DNA of 60,236 bases, filler included, from Hausera hauseri (Eukaryota): the NCBI GenBank assembly GCA_046269625.1. It is 12 parts of 12 records of this genome, joined end to end, with 100 filler letters (N's around TTAATTAATTAA, not from the genome) between each part and the next. Parts side by side here need not be neighbours in the genome. Positions count along the whole stretch, not along the records: positions 34,028 to 39,791 come from JBJURY010192527.1; positions 39,892 to 46,075 come from JBJURY010128206.1; positions 46,176 to 50,381 come from JBJURY010701438.1; 9 more parts are not named here. One strand, 5' to 3'. Below, in pieces: positions 38,188 to 50,381 of this stretch. Positions within the stretch are counted from its first letter, which is position 1, and each line of letters opens with the position of its first letter. A program made the translations under genes and the position numbers. The notes below the pieces were generated by a model. That model made no database searches. It was not told the origin of the DNA and saw only the letters and a program-made list of their open reading frames with translations.

Positions 38188-39790
38188 TTATGGATCGTCA
38201 GAAATCTTCTCATTAGGATATTGTTGTGCTAGAATGCAGCTTAAACCATTCAAACTTGCATCAGTTTTCAAAATGAATTGTAAATCAAAATCTGGATATT
38301 GCAAAATTGGTGCAGAAACTATTTTCTTTTTCATGATGTCAAATGCATTTTGGTGCTTTTCTTTCCACATGTAGTTCTTGTCATTTCGTAATAAATCATA
38401 TAATACACTATTAATTTGCGAGAAGTTTTCTACGAAAATGCTATAAAACCCAATGAGTCCTAACCAACATTGTAATTCCTTTTTGTTAGTACGGGCTGGA
38501 AATTCTAATACCTTTGCAACTATTTGAGGGCTAGTTTCGATTTCTTCAGCAGATATTTTAAATCCTAAATAAGTTAATGAGGTTTGACAACAATCACATT
38601 TTAGTGGATTCAACTTTAATTTTGCATCTTTTAATCTCTCAAAGACTTGTCTAAGTTGATGTATATGTTCATTCCAAGTTCTAGATGCTTTTAAGAAATC
38701 GTCTATATATGACAAACTTCTAATACCTTTTAGTACTATTCTTATAAATTCTTGAAAGAATATTGGAGCAGTTTTCAATCCAAACGGCATTCTTGTAAAT
38801 TGGTAGATTCCAATGTGAGTTTTAAAGGCTGTTTTCCATCTATCAGCAGCATTAACGGGTATGTTTAGAAAACCCCATTGTAAATCCAAAGCAGTAAACA
38901 AGGTACATCCTTTTAAATTATTTATTATTTATTTAATTCTAGAAATACGATAAATATGATTCTCTAAATACTTATTTAATTGTACAAAGTTGACGCACAA
39001 TCTTCTTTTGTTGGTATTTTTGTTTGTTACCATTACTATTGGTGATGCTCATAAAGCTTGACTGGTTTCTACTATTTATTTGTCTAGCAAATCTTGTACT
39101 TGTTCTTTTACTTCAGCTTGTAATGAATGTGCTGGAGGGTACCATTTTGGCATAGGTTGTCGATATAGATCTATTTATTTTCCGGTTTTTTTATCAGTAA
39201 TCAAATTTGAACGGAATTCTACCAAATCTGTACATCCTATATCAACATCATTAAGTGCGAAAATTTCTGAAAATACCTTTATTAATTTGATCATATCCTT
39301 TAACTGCTTATCGTTAACTCTCTGCTTAATATTCTCTATCAACTGCTGGAAGATTTCGTGTTCATTTAATTCGATCTGTTTAGTACAGCTAAGAAATCGG
39401 TAATATTATGATCGAATGTATAATAGAATTCTCCTATTCTAGTATTAGGATATAAAACTTTTGTTTGTTCAGTACAGTTTACTACTACAATCGGAATAGT
39501 ACCATTTTGAACTATGGTGCAAATTGTAGCGAAGAAATATCCTTTTTCAAAATTTTTGGTTCGAATTTTACTATTGTATTTTCTGCTGGTAGCAGCTTTC
39601 CGATAGTTATCATCTCGCAATAAGATGGTATTATAGTTTCATGAAGAATACATACTGCATTTTTATATTTCGGATTATCCTGTTGTGGAAGTTGTTGATT
39701 TATCCATATTTGGCCTGTAGTTAAATCCATTACTGAATTTTTCAATTGCCGTAATACATTTACTCCAATAATCATTCTAGGATATAATTG
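38188..39790 (-). mobile_element. pol: Ty3/Gypsy pol fragment (protease end, RT, start of RNase H)
   Basis: IIGVNVL; LDLQWGF..KTAF..RMPFGLKTAP..YIDDFL..YLGFKI..PILQYPDF..LKTDAS. Confidence 0.95.
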
Positions 39791-39891
39791 TNNNNNNNNN
39801 NNNNNNNNNNNNNNNNNNNNNNNNNNNNNNNNNNNTTAATTAATTAANNNNNNNNNNNNNNNNNNNNNNNNNNNNNNNNNNNNNNNNNNNN

Positions 39892-41865
39892 TAAAATATC
39901 CGATTGTATAGAACCTCAGAATCAAAAAGAGTTAAAACATTGGTGAGGCCTATGTGGATATTATGCCACTTACGTACCAGATAATTCGAAAATAAACGCA
40001 CCACTATATCGACTACTCAAAAAAGGGATTAAGTGGAGATGGACGGAATTGGAACAAAAAGCATTCGACGAAATAAAGAAAGTTTTTACAAGCGAACCAG
40101 TTTTAAAATGCTATGATTTTAACCTACCATTCATCATTAAAACAGATGCAAGTAAAGAAGGTATAGTATACGAATTAGCTCAGAAACGAGAAGATGAAGA
40201 ACTAGAACATCCAATAGCTTATGGAGGACGCTCGTTAAAGAAGGCAGAAAAGAATTATTTGGTTACCGAATTAGAAACGTTAGCCGTAAAAGAAGCACTA
40301 CGACACTTTAATATCTATGTCTATGGACAAAAGATTATAATAGTGACCGACCACAAAGCAGTCACAACATTGAAAGGACAAGCTAATAACCCAACATGTA
40401 GATTAAACCGTTGGATCAAAGAAATCTCACGATATAACTTCGAATTCCAATACAAACCAGGTAATAAACACGTTGACCCCGACGCGCTATCAAGGTTAAA
40501 GACAAAAACCAGTGGGATTTCCACGGTGAAGAAAACGCAGCTAAAACAAATAATTGAACGTCAAAGGACTTTAACCCTGGATAAAACGATCAGGATCACC
40601 GCAGAACAAGCTAAAGGTAAAGTTACTCAGCAAATTGTTGAGTTTGCACAAAACGGCGAAATTCCCAAAGGACGACAACTAAAGAAGCACCTGCAGAAAC
40701 ATAGACATAAATATTGCGCATCAAACCAAGATAATATTCTATGTTATGAACGAAAGGGGAGAAAACTAATAGTTATCCCAAAAGGATTATGTGTCGAACT
40801 ACTCATGGCCGAACATGATTCATATTTAGCTGGACACATGTCTTGGAAAAAGACCTTGGAAAGGATATTAAATAAATACTATTGGCCAAGCATTTATATT
40901 AATGTAAAGAATTGGGTAGGTGCTTGCAAAGTTTGCGCGACAAAGCAAAGGAAAACGAAAGGGTACGTAGCAGAACTAAAACCCATAAACGTATCGGACA
41001 GGCCCACGCAAGCTATATCTATGGATATAGTAAGAATTTTGCCTAAAACTCACAAAAATAACAAATATATTCTGACATGCGTGGATCGATTAACGCATTT
41101 CGTCGAGCTGGTGGCACTATTAGATCAAAAGGCAGAAACTTTTGCCAACGCAGTAATAAGGAAAATTATCTGCAGGTACGGACCACCAGAACAAATCTTA
41201 ACGGATAGAGGAAGGAACTTCACAAGTGAATTATTCGAAAAAATTACAAAGATATTCGAAATCTAACGATTAACCACTACCGCGTACCACACCCAATGTA
41301 ATGAAATGGTCGAACAAATGAACGCAACAGTCATTCGCATACTATCAACAGTAGTGACCAAAGATCAGAAGGATTGGGGCGAATTCCTAGAATGGACACC
41401 GTTCGCGATTAATACAACTCCATATCCAGCAACAGGGTTTACACCGTTCTTTATGATGTACGGACGGGAAGCAATCTTACCCACAGATCTAGGAATGACA
41501 CCATACGAAAATAACCTCGAGGATCTAGAACAAATTTTTGCCGAAGTCTTACAGACAAGATTGCAAGTGTTGGGAAGTTGCAAAAACATTATCACTCGAA
41601 TTCCAGGAACAATTTAAAAAACAATAAGATAAAAAGACTAATCCCCATGATCTCGAAAAGGAAAATTGGGATTATATACATTACTCAGTCGCGAAAAAAG
41701 GTACGTCCTTGAAATTAACACGTACCAGAAGAGGACCATATGAAATCATTCGCACAACGCCAACCACGGTCTGTTAACAAAAACGGAAAACGGACGTCGT
41801 ATCAATCCAAAGAGTAGTTAAAACAGATATATGACCAGCTAAACACTACAATCTAAGACCGCACG
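39892..41865 (+). mobile_element. pol: Ty3/Gypsy pol: RNase H and integrase, family X copy 1
   Basis: KTDAS..ELE..TDH..DALSRL; zinc finger HDSYLAGH..CKVC; core MDIV..TDRGRNF..(E); GPY module; ends YNLRP. Confidence 0.95.
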
Positions 41866-43260
41866 AAAACAAGATCTCGTCGATTGTCACTAGACCAGTA
41901 TCTTACGCACAGATAACAGTAGCCTTATCGTTGATTGCTGTCCTAACGTCTAAGGCTAACGCCCAATGGTGGGTCGATGAAAACTCGTTGAGCGATATAT
42001 ATGGAATCAGGAAAATCGCGTTAAAACCTTCACCGCCCAAGGAGAAAACTCCAGAATAAAAATCAGAACAAAAAGACGAAAAATTTTTACGAGCAGTAAA
42101 ATTAGATTATTTTTCGCCAGAAGCCCCATGTGTCGGGTTTAGGATACCATGACCATATGAGGGGTAAATCCGGATACTATTCCATGACCTATTAAGCCAA
42201 GCCGAGTCCTATTGTAAATTCGAACCAGAAGACGATATAATTTGCTGCAACGTAGAGTACGGACACTCTTACGCTCTCAGCTATCGTTCATATTTGCCAA
42301 ACTGTAATAATGTACACGCCGAAATAAATCTGAATTCACACTTTGTTATACCACGAATTTATGGAGACTATCTTAATATAGAGCTAGAAGACATGCTCCA
42401 GTCCGTCGATCCATTAAAACTGATGCTAAAAGAAGATATAGCTAGTATAACGAAAATTTCAAAGGACAAATGTATCCAAATAAACACAAAAGGACGGTTA
42501 ACTAAAAAACGAGTAATCACGGTTCAATTCATGAGAGAAGACAAAGCAACTTATAATCAACAATACTGTCAAATCGACGCCGAAAGGCCGAATAAATGGT
42601 GTAAGTTACCTCAGAGATATAAATATAAAATTCGGTTAGACTTATACGAAGTTCAGCCGAACCAGCCGAGTATTTACTTAGGAAGTTATCAATTGGAAAA
42701 TCCAATTTGGGGAATTCCACCTGAAATGACAACAAGCAGAATTACTTCCACCAAATTCCTCCAAACGACTGGATCACCTCAGGAGCTAGAAATGATTCCT
42801 ATAAAATATTGGACACAACAATATGAAATAAAGTTCGTTGCCGAAAAAGTACTGAATTACGACGTAGAAATAAGTTGCCGAACATTACACACTAATCAGA
42901 AAGTGACACTGGCTAAAGGAAGCCATTGAATCAAATGCACCTACTTAAAACCCAGAACAAACTACATAATACAGATAGGTGCGAAGAATAAACAAAGCAG
43001 AACGTTTACAGTACGGACCCTAAACGAGATTGGTTTAACGAAACCACTAATTAACAAAAAACGGAGGACGAAACTACGGCTACCTCTAAAACAAAAAACT
43101 AACTAAATGGACAACTTTGTCATTGATATCAATTATTGGATCGTCAACGTTCGCTCTTATAACTTTAGTTGCGTTTTTTAGAATTGTTACCAAAACTGTT
43201 GTAATAAACGTCATAAAATCACCGAGAGGGAATTAAGGGTGATGGTAACGCAGAGTAAAT
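41866..43260 (+). pseudogene. env-position type-I membrane protein with FN3-like ectodomain, copy 1
   Basis: Signal peptide ITVALSLIAVLTSKANA, Cys-containing beta-rich ectodomain, LKPRTNYIIQIGAKN, TM TTLSLISIIGSSTFALITLVAFF. In frame with the integrase tail. Confidence 0.7.
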
Positions 43261-43379
43261 TTAATGATGGAGTAACCTGACAATTACTGGTTGGGTTATT
43301 CCACCATCTAACAAAGAATTGGTTCAAATTTAGAACAGTGCTTTGTTATAGGATCGACCCTTATTTTTTATTTTTTAGA

Positions 43380-44314
43380 ATGGTAAGTGTGGATAGCCGA
43401 ATTAGCATCGACAAATATTTGCAGGAACAGGCCACGGTATTTATTCCGGATTCAAAGTCTATCTACAGACGCATAAACGACTCATTACAAACAAAAGCCT
43501 ATATCGAAATTTTAAGAACCAGTAAAATACCAAATATTCTTAAAGGTATTACAGAGGAGAGTTGTACAGTATTCCTTTACGCGATGAGTGAAAATAATCA
43601 AGCCAAAGCCTATTTCTTAAAGGAATTTATCCAAAATCGACCAGCTAGAATACGGGATATATATATCCACCTAGCTGACGGAGAAATATATTATAAGATA
43701 GAAAACCAAACATGGAACTCTAATGAAGGACATCACTATCGGTTCAGCACATTTAAAATAAGTGGTGAAGGCCTAGAACGTATTAACTATGGCCTCGAAT
43801 TTAGAGTAGCAGCCTTCCCTGTCAAACTTATGTTCGAAATGACCTACAAAGAAAACTGCAACCTAGGTTTGCCAGTTCTACAGTTTAAACAAACTCCAAC
43901 CGAGGTAGAAAAGGACGAACATCGTCAGTGATATAGGCAATAAATTGTGGCAGAGGAGATTATGGGTAAGGAATACCCATCGAAATATCTATTAGAGAAA
44001 GAGATGGGACTGAAATATATTCTACAGTCATAAACCCCCGGAACCATGTTGAGGAGTCGTATGCAGAAGTGACTGGTTTAAGAAGAGACCAGCTCATAAG
44101 AGGGAAGGATATCCAGCAAGTTCGTTCAGAGTTAGACTATTGTCTTTACGGCTGTATGTTAGCAGGGTATAATGTACGACGAGAAATCGAGCTATTAGGA
44201 ACATCCGATGCAAATATTGCCGGATTTAGGGAAATAGCTACTCATCCTATGGTCCAAGAACGAATGGAGAAAACCGTACAAGTGTTGAGTAATGGTGGTT
44301 ACAATAAGGGGTGA
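43380..44314 (+). pseudogene. Extra 3' ORF: unknown domain + DEDDh (REX4/ISG20-like) exonuclease, truncated or degenerate
   Basis: Preceded by ttattttttag|A ATG. C-terminal part AINCG..IEISIRERDGTEIYSTVINP..YAEVTGLRRDQL..KDIQQVRSEL..GCMLAGYNVRREIELLG..EIA. Confidence 0.65.
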
Positions 44315-44871
44315 ATTTTGTTGGGAAAGGTATCTTGGGGGTTAAACATTAAGGGCAAAATAGAATCAGACTTAGTCTGACCCTGAAAACAGACTTTTTC
44401 TATTTTCTCTCATTTTTCTTCTTTTCCTATCTGATGCGGGAAAGAGAAAGATGATTTCCTTTCCTCTCTGCCCCCAAATACAAAATTTTCTTATTTTCAT
44501 TCTCGCACCTCACTTAGCTGCAATCAGCTATAAATAGCGTTATAGAATGAAACAAAAAATGCACAAAATTTTAACCAAGATTTTTCCGAGAATTTGTGAT
44601 TAGATGCAATAATTTTATTGATGGATTTTGTTGATGATTTCAAAGGTTGAAGTACTGTAAGTCGATTCATTAATTTGTTTATTTCAATATAATTTAGTGT
44701 ATTTCTTGTTACATTTGTTCTAAGTAAGATTATAACCACAGCCAGCAGAGGGCTGTAGGTAAGTAACCATCTCCTTCAACTTCCGGCAAGAATTTACTAA
44801 CATCTACATACAATTTAATTAATTATTATTTAAAGAATTAGAGACCTTTGGTATTGCGAGAGTGAAACATT

Positions 44872-44883
44872 TGGCGCCCGAAC
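44872..44883 (+). promoter_or_regulatory. tRNA-Lys primer-binding site after an LTR end
   Basis: ...GTGAAACA TT TGGCGCCCGAAC: 12-nt match to the canonical tRNA-Lys(UUU) PBS TGGCGCCCGAACAGGGAC. Confidence 0.75.
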
Positions 44884-46184
44884 TAAAGTCCTTCTATGTT
44901 CGACTGTTTTCTGAATCTTTTTAGACGTCGTGATAATCGTGTTTTTCTCGTAAAATCTCCTGCTTCTACTCTTCGTTTTGACAACTACGAACATTACCTT
45001 TCTTACATAGAAACGCTGCACGATCTTCATAATATTGTTATCATTAAAAAAGTAGTTGTAGTTCCCAGAAGTAGAACAAGTCAAGTCCTCTCACATACTG
45101 ATCTTCGTGTTTCCGTTACCGACGTTTAAGGGTTGGGGAAAAGTAGAAGTAGTAGAGAAAAAAGTAGAGAAATTATAAAAGATAATTAATTAAAATCAGA
45201 CACTAATTAAACACCTAAAATTCTTTTTTTGCCAAGTTCAGATCTCTATTAAAGTAATGAAAGAACTTAAACTTAACCCATTTTGCACTTTTCAACAAAT
45301 GATTGCATTACATAAAAATAATTGAAAATCATGTATGTAAAACTAAACATCACTTTTTTACCGTTGTCCTCTGCTTTCACTGAAATTAATTTGACTTCTG
45401 CTTTCATAATTCCCGCACAAGACAACTTGACAGATTATGTCCGTGCAGTCTGAATAATAAACAACAGACTGACATCGAGTTCAGGTGTACCAAATGGAGC
45501 ATCAATGACAAATCAACATTAGGTGCAGACAGGAATCAATAACAAAGAGAATTTTGAATTAAGACAAAAAGAAAACGTTTTACGTGATTATATAACAAAA
45601 AAAATCTTCATCTATTTATAATTGTACGGTATATGCCAAAAATTAAACTTCCAGAATTTATGGGGAAATGAATTTTAGTGGTTTCATAACAAATAGTCAG
45701 AGAGACACGCAAAATATAATGCTGATTAATAATGATGAAAGAAATTTTCTCCACAAAATCAAAATAAAGCAATTGGAGTATTTAAATGTTAGGCATTTTG
45801 TATTTGTTCAAATCCGTTTAATTATGCTTCGAAATGTTGAACTTTGATGAAATTTTCGCTCATTTTCTCGGGCTAAGGTTCTTTTTATATTCGATTTAAT
45901 GTTTTTCCTAGAAATATTATTCATCCTTTTAATAATTGTATATACCCTCATGTACAAATTTAGACTCTGCACATAAGTGGAAACAGGTTATTCGTTATTT
46001 TTTATTTCCGGTAAAACATGAAGTATGAAAATAATATTAGCTGAAGAAAATGAACGAAAATTTTATCAAAATTCCNNNNNNNNNNNNNNNNNNNNNNNNN
46101 NNNNNNNNNNNNNNNNNNNTTAATTAATTAANNNNNNNNNNNNNNNNNNNNNNNNNNNNNNNNNNNNNNNNNNNNAAGAAATTT

Positions 46185-47470
46185 ATGTTTGATTCTCAGG
46201 ATATTATTCTTGAAGATATCATGGTTTATATTACCGACATCGATGTGTTTTTAGTTCAGAAAGATTTGAAAAAGGACCAGAGCAATTACGATACACCAAA
46301 CAAGGAATTATCAAATTTATTCTATTCGATAATAAATGGTGCGCCTTTTGTTTTTCTTAATGACCATAAAGAAATGCTGGATAAGATTGATGATTTTTGT
46401 TATGGTGCCGAACTCTGGCAATTGACCTTTCTCACTCATTTTTGATTGAAAGCACTCAATCGGTACCCGTATGCTGATCAACTGCCGGATTTGTGTAAAT
46501 TGATCAAGAACACATACATCAGTCTAATTGACCGTATTGTTGAAGATGGAGTGTTGTCTAGCAGAAACAAATGTGAACGTGTTGCGGAAATTCCGTTTAG
46601 GTATTATTTCTTATCAGAATCAATCAAATATCTCAATCAATTGAAAGTTTCATACAAAAGCTATAATAAATGGTGTCAGAATAATCTGTATCATTCGGAT
46701 ATGCCCATAAAGGTAATCCTCTTTAATGTTATATCAACTGATTATCAAATTGAATTAACATCCAGTAAGAGTAATATACCACTTATTAATGATCGTTGGT
46801 GCTGGAATAAAATGCAAATTCTGCAGGCAATAATTGATGAGGATGTCAACTTGGGATTTGTACTTGAGTAAATTAGATTCTCGCTGCCCACTTTGTCATC
46901 TAATCTCGTCAGTATTCATTATTATTATATCGCTAATGACGACAACTCAAAATTATATATTGATCTATTACAGATCCCCAGAAGATTATCAAAAATCGCT
47001 TTACCGAATGTCGGCAAGTACGAACTCGTCTTTATGAAACCCGGATACAAATTCGTCCAGATAGGCGAATCACACAAATACACAGTATACAAATTAGCAA
47101 AGTTGATTGCGACTGTCGTCGATAACAATACGGGTAATTCGGTGTCGGGTATTTTGTTTTCGATAATTAGTGATAATTTCCATCAAAATGGGTTGACGAA
47201 TAATAATGGGAAATTTCAATTTAGTAATTTGTTTTCAGGGAAATACTATTTGCCAGCAACGATTAAAGGAATAGCAGAGGAAATGACAATTCGGGTAATT
47301 CATGCATCATTAATGTTTTTGGGAAAATGATTTCATTGAGTAATGAAACAAAAATTGCCGTAATCGTTGAGTCGCATCCATTGCGAATGGATTATGCAAA
47401 CAATTCGTTATTGGTCTGTAAAATAGACTTGTTGCTTAACGAACATGGAGTAACCAATAAAGAAACATTA
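46185..47470 (+). pseudogene. Intronless unknown ORFs, the second containing a carboxypeptidase-regulatory-like (prealbumin/SpaA) domain
   Basis: 46185-46871 is one frame with a single stop. ATVVDNNTGNSVSG...GLTNNNGKFQFSNLFSGKYYL at ~47105-47265. Confidence 0.5.
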
Positions 47471-47574
47471 TATGCGGGGACCTCGGCTACCCCAAAGTTT
47501 GCGGTCCGCCGCGGCGAGACCGAAGTCCCGGTCGCCCACCATATACCATTGGGTCAGGCGGCACCGTTCGCTGA

Positions 47575-50204
47575 CGCCCCACGAAACGCCCACGGTTACA
47601 CGACCTCTCCGTATTTCCTCTTCTTTTTTTAAATAATAAACATATTTACACAAATGAATTTACACACTTAAACACTGCGGCTATCTACAACATCATTTCC
47701 ACTTTTCTTTGCTTACCTGGCATTTACCTCACAGACCACGGCTCCGAAGTGCTTCCCTTTGGGACTCTGCAACCTTCTTCAACTTATATTCACCTCCACA
47801 TGCACTTCCGCATCCGTGGTGGCATGAATTCATCGCCCACCGTAGACACCACGGATAAAACCACCACGAAACCAAATTCTGTCATACTACTTCAAAAACC
47901 CACTCCTGCTTCCACCAATAATACTTTACCTACTACCTCTTCCGCTCCTTTCCCTAATTGCACCAAATTCTTCATTGACAACAAAGGTTCTAGCAAAATT
48001 TGGTTGCAATTCCTTCAACTGTGGCTACAGTCAAACAATATCACTGACCTCTTAACCAAGGCCCACAATCTCTTCTTACTCTCTAACAATATCAAATCAC
48101 GCATTCACAACATCCTTGAAATATTTGAACTTCCTGATTTATACTCACAGCACTCCAACATTCTTCTTAAAATCACAGAATTCTCAATGGATACCATCAT
48201 ACAACGCTTCTTCCACAACAACGCCATAGGCACACAACGACCATCAGAATTTTTACGCACGTCTTTGGCACATTTGCACACTCTCGGCGTCATTAAAAAA
48301 CACAATCCCGAACTACTGCGTCATTACTTTTTTAACGCGTTACCCATCCAAATCCGGGCCTTACTTACCGTGGTGGAGGACTCCACGGTTTTTAAAAAAT
48401 TCACCGAATTAGCCGATAAAACACACGATGTTTTACACTTAAATTCCCCACCAGTCGTTTCGGAGGCAGTTGCCCGAACGATATTCAATCCAATCACATA
48501 TAAATAAAACAACAACTCAGTCAGATACGTGCTGAAAATGCAGCACTACACGCAACCATTAACAATATAAACAACAAATTATACGAGCTTTCCCTGTCCG
48601 GCAAAGGGATTTTATTGCTGACCGCGCCAATTCTGCATCTAAAAACCGGTCACCATTGCCTGCGCTGTCGTCAATCTGCTATTATCGCAGCAGATTCAAT
48701 AAGAATGCAAAGAAATGCTTCCTATGATGCAAATTTTACAACACAAGTTTTTCTTCAGACATTATTTGCATCATTGCATTTATCGCGAAAAGTTTAAAAA
48801 TCAAGCCCGTAAATGCATTCCAGGCTGTACTTTCAAACCAGACACGAACGACGGACGTACTACCTTTTCTTCTAATAGTCGTCCTAGTTCACCTTTTGGA
48901 AAAAACTAACTTTGCCGCCAGAAGTCACGGCAATCTCTGGAAAAGGCACTACTTCACTTTCTGAATGCCGACACACCTCTTTTAACGTGTTTACTCTAAA
49001 GGCTGCAATCACCACTCTTGCAACGCAATACATTGACTTACTCATTGATACAGGTGCAGCGATGGCCTTATTACCACAAATTTTCCCCCTACAAAATTCA
49101 CAATTCAGAATTAAACGCTTATACACCAGTTCAGATCAACCGCTGCACATTTCTGGCACGTCTAAATTATCTTTCATCTTACCAAAATTTCCTTCACCTT
49201 TCCACTGGACGTTCACAGTTGCTAACGTCGAGACGGAAATTCTAGGGTCCGATTTTCTATCACACTATATTTTATTGGTTGACTGCAGTCAGCGATGTCT
49301 GAGGAGCGGCATCATTGGCAGCATTACTGCGCATGACAATAGCATTTCGACTACCGTGCAGTCGATCGACACACGGAGGTGAATTTTGGAAAAATAAATA
49401 AATAATTCAAATTTCCATAACAATAAATCAATTCGTAAATTTTTAAATAATAATATTGATATTCTATCGAGGTTCAATATCCATAATTGTGGTACTGCCA
49501 CCAATGTTCATTCATTCGACGAAATCACTTTATCCAATACCATTTTCAATTCGACCATCTTACACCAAATACCACTTGACTGCACATCACAAAGCAATTC
49601 ACAAATCGCATCCGCTACTACTCAACCTGCTTCACCATCACCACCGAATCTATCACAGTTGCCTACAACTTTACAGCAATTCTTTACCACATCATGTCTA
49701 CGCGTACTTAAAAAAATTGTTCGTTTACCCCTACAAACAGACCGCTCCGGCATTGTACGCCGTTCCAAATTTCCTTGGTCGCCACCTTTACACGTCGTAC
49801 AAAAAATGACGGCACTTTTAGACCATGCAAAGACTACCGCCAGTTGAACAACATGACCATCATGGATGAGTACCCCTTGCCACTCATCAAGGACATCCTG
49901 CACCGCCTTAATTCAACTACCATTTATTGGACCTTCGATTCGGCCAAAGCATACCACCAAATACCGGTGGCACTCGAAGACATAGAAAAAACAGCTGTCT
50001 TTACGCCTTTTGGCATCTACGAGTACCTGTTTATGCCATTAGGTTTGAAAATGCCGCGCAGACTTTCCAGCGACATATAGACTCAATTCTGTCAGATTTC
50101 CCGTTAGAACACCCTTACATTGACGATATTCTGATCGTTTCCTCTTCGGTCAAACAACACGAGGAATATCTTCATGCAATATTCAAACGCCTTCACCACC
50201 ATAA
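47575..50204 (+). mobile_element. CsRn1-like Gypsy element copy B: UBL-gag, -1 frameshift, protease, RT (truncated)
   Basis: Open frame 47575-48507 includes RIRGG|M-gag. Two CHCC knuckles; A AAA AAC TAA at 48900-48909; IDTGA; WSPPLHVV..RPCKDYRQLN..KTAVFTPFG..YIDDILI. Confidence 0.92.
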
Positions 50205-50381
50205 TCATATGCCTTTGAAGAGATTTATTCAAAGGATAATATTAGTGGATATGCAAAATCTTATATAGAGTTTGATATTATTGGTAGTGAAGATGAATAC
50301 ATTAATCTGAATGATACAATGCTTACAATCAAAATCAAGGCAGTTGATGCTGATGGTAAAGATATCACAGCTGATGTTACC
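50205..50381 (+). mobile_element. Polinton/Maverick major capsid protein (PY/hexon) N-terminal fragment
   Basis: AFEEIYSKDNISG..IEFDIIGSEDEYINLNDTMLTIKIKAVDADG matches the IEFxIxGxxxxYIDLxxTxLxVKxKxxxxDG signature. Not in the ORF track. Confidence 0.8.
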
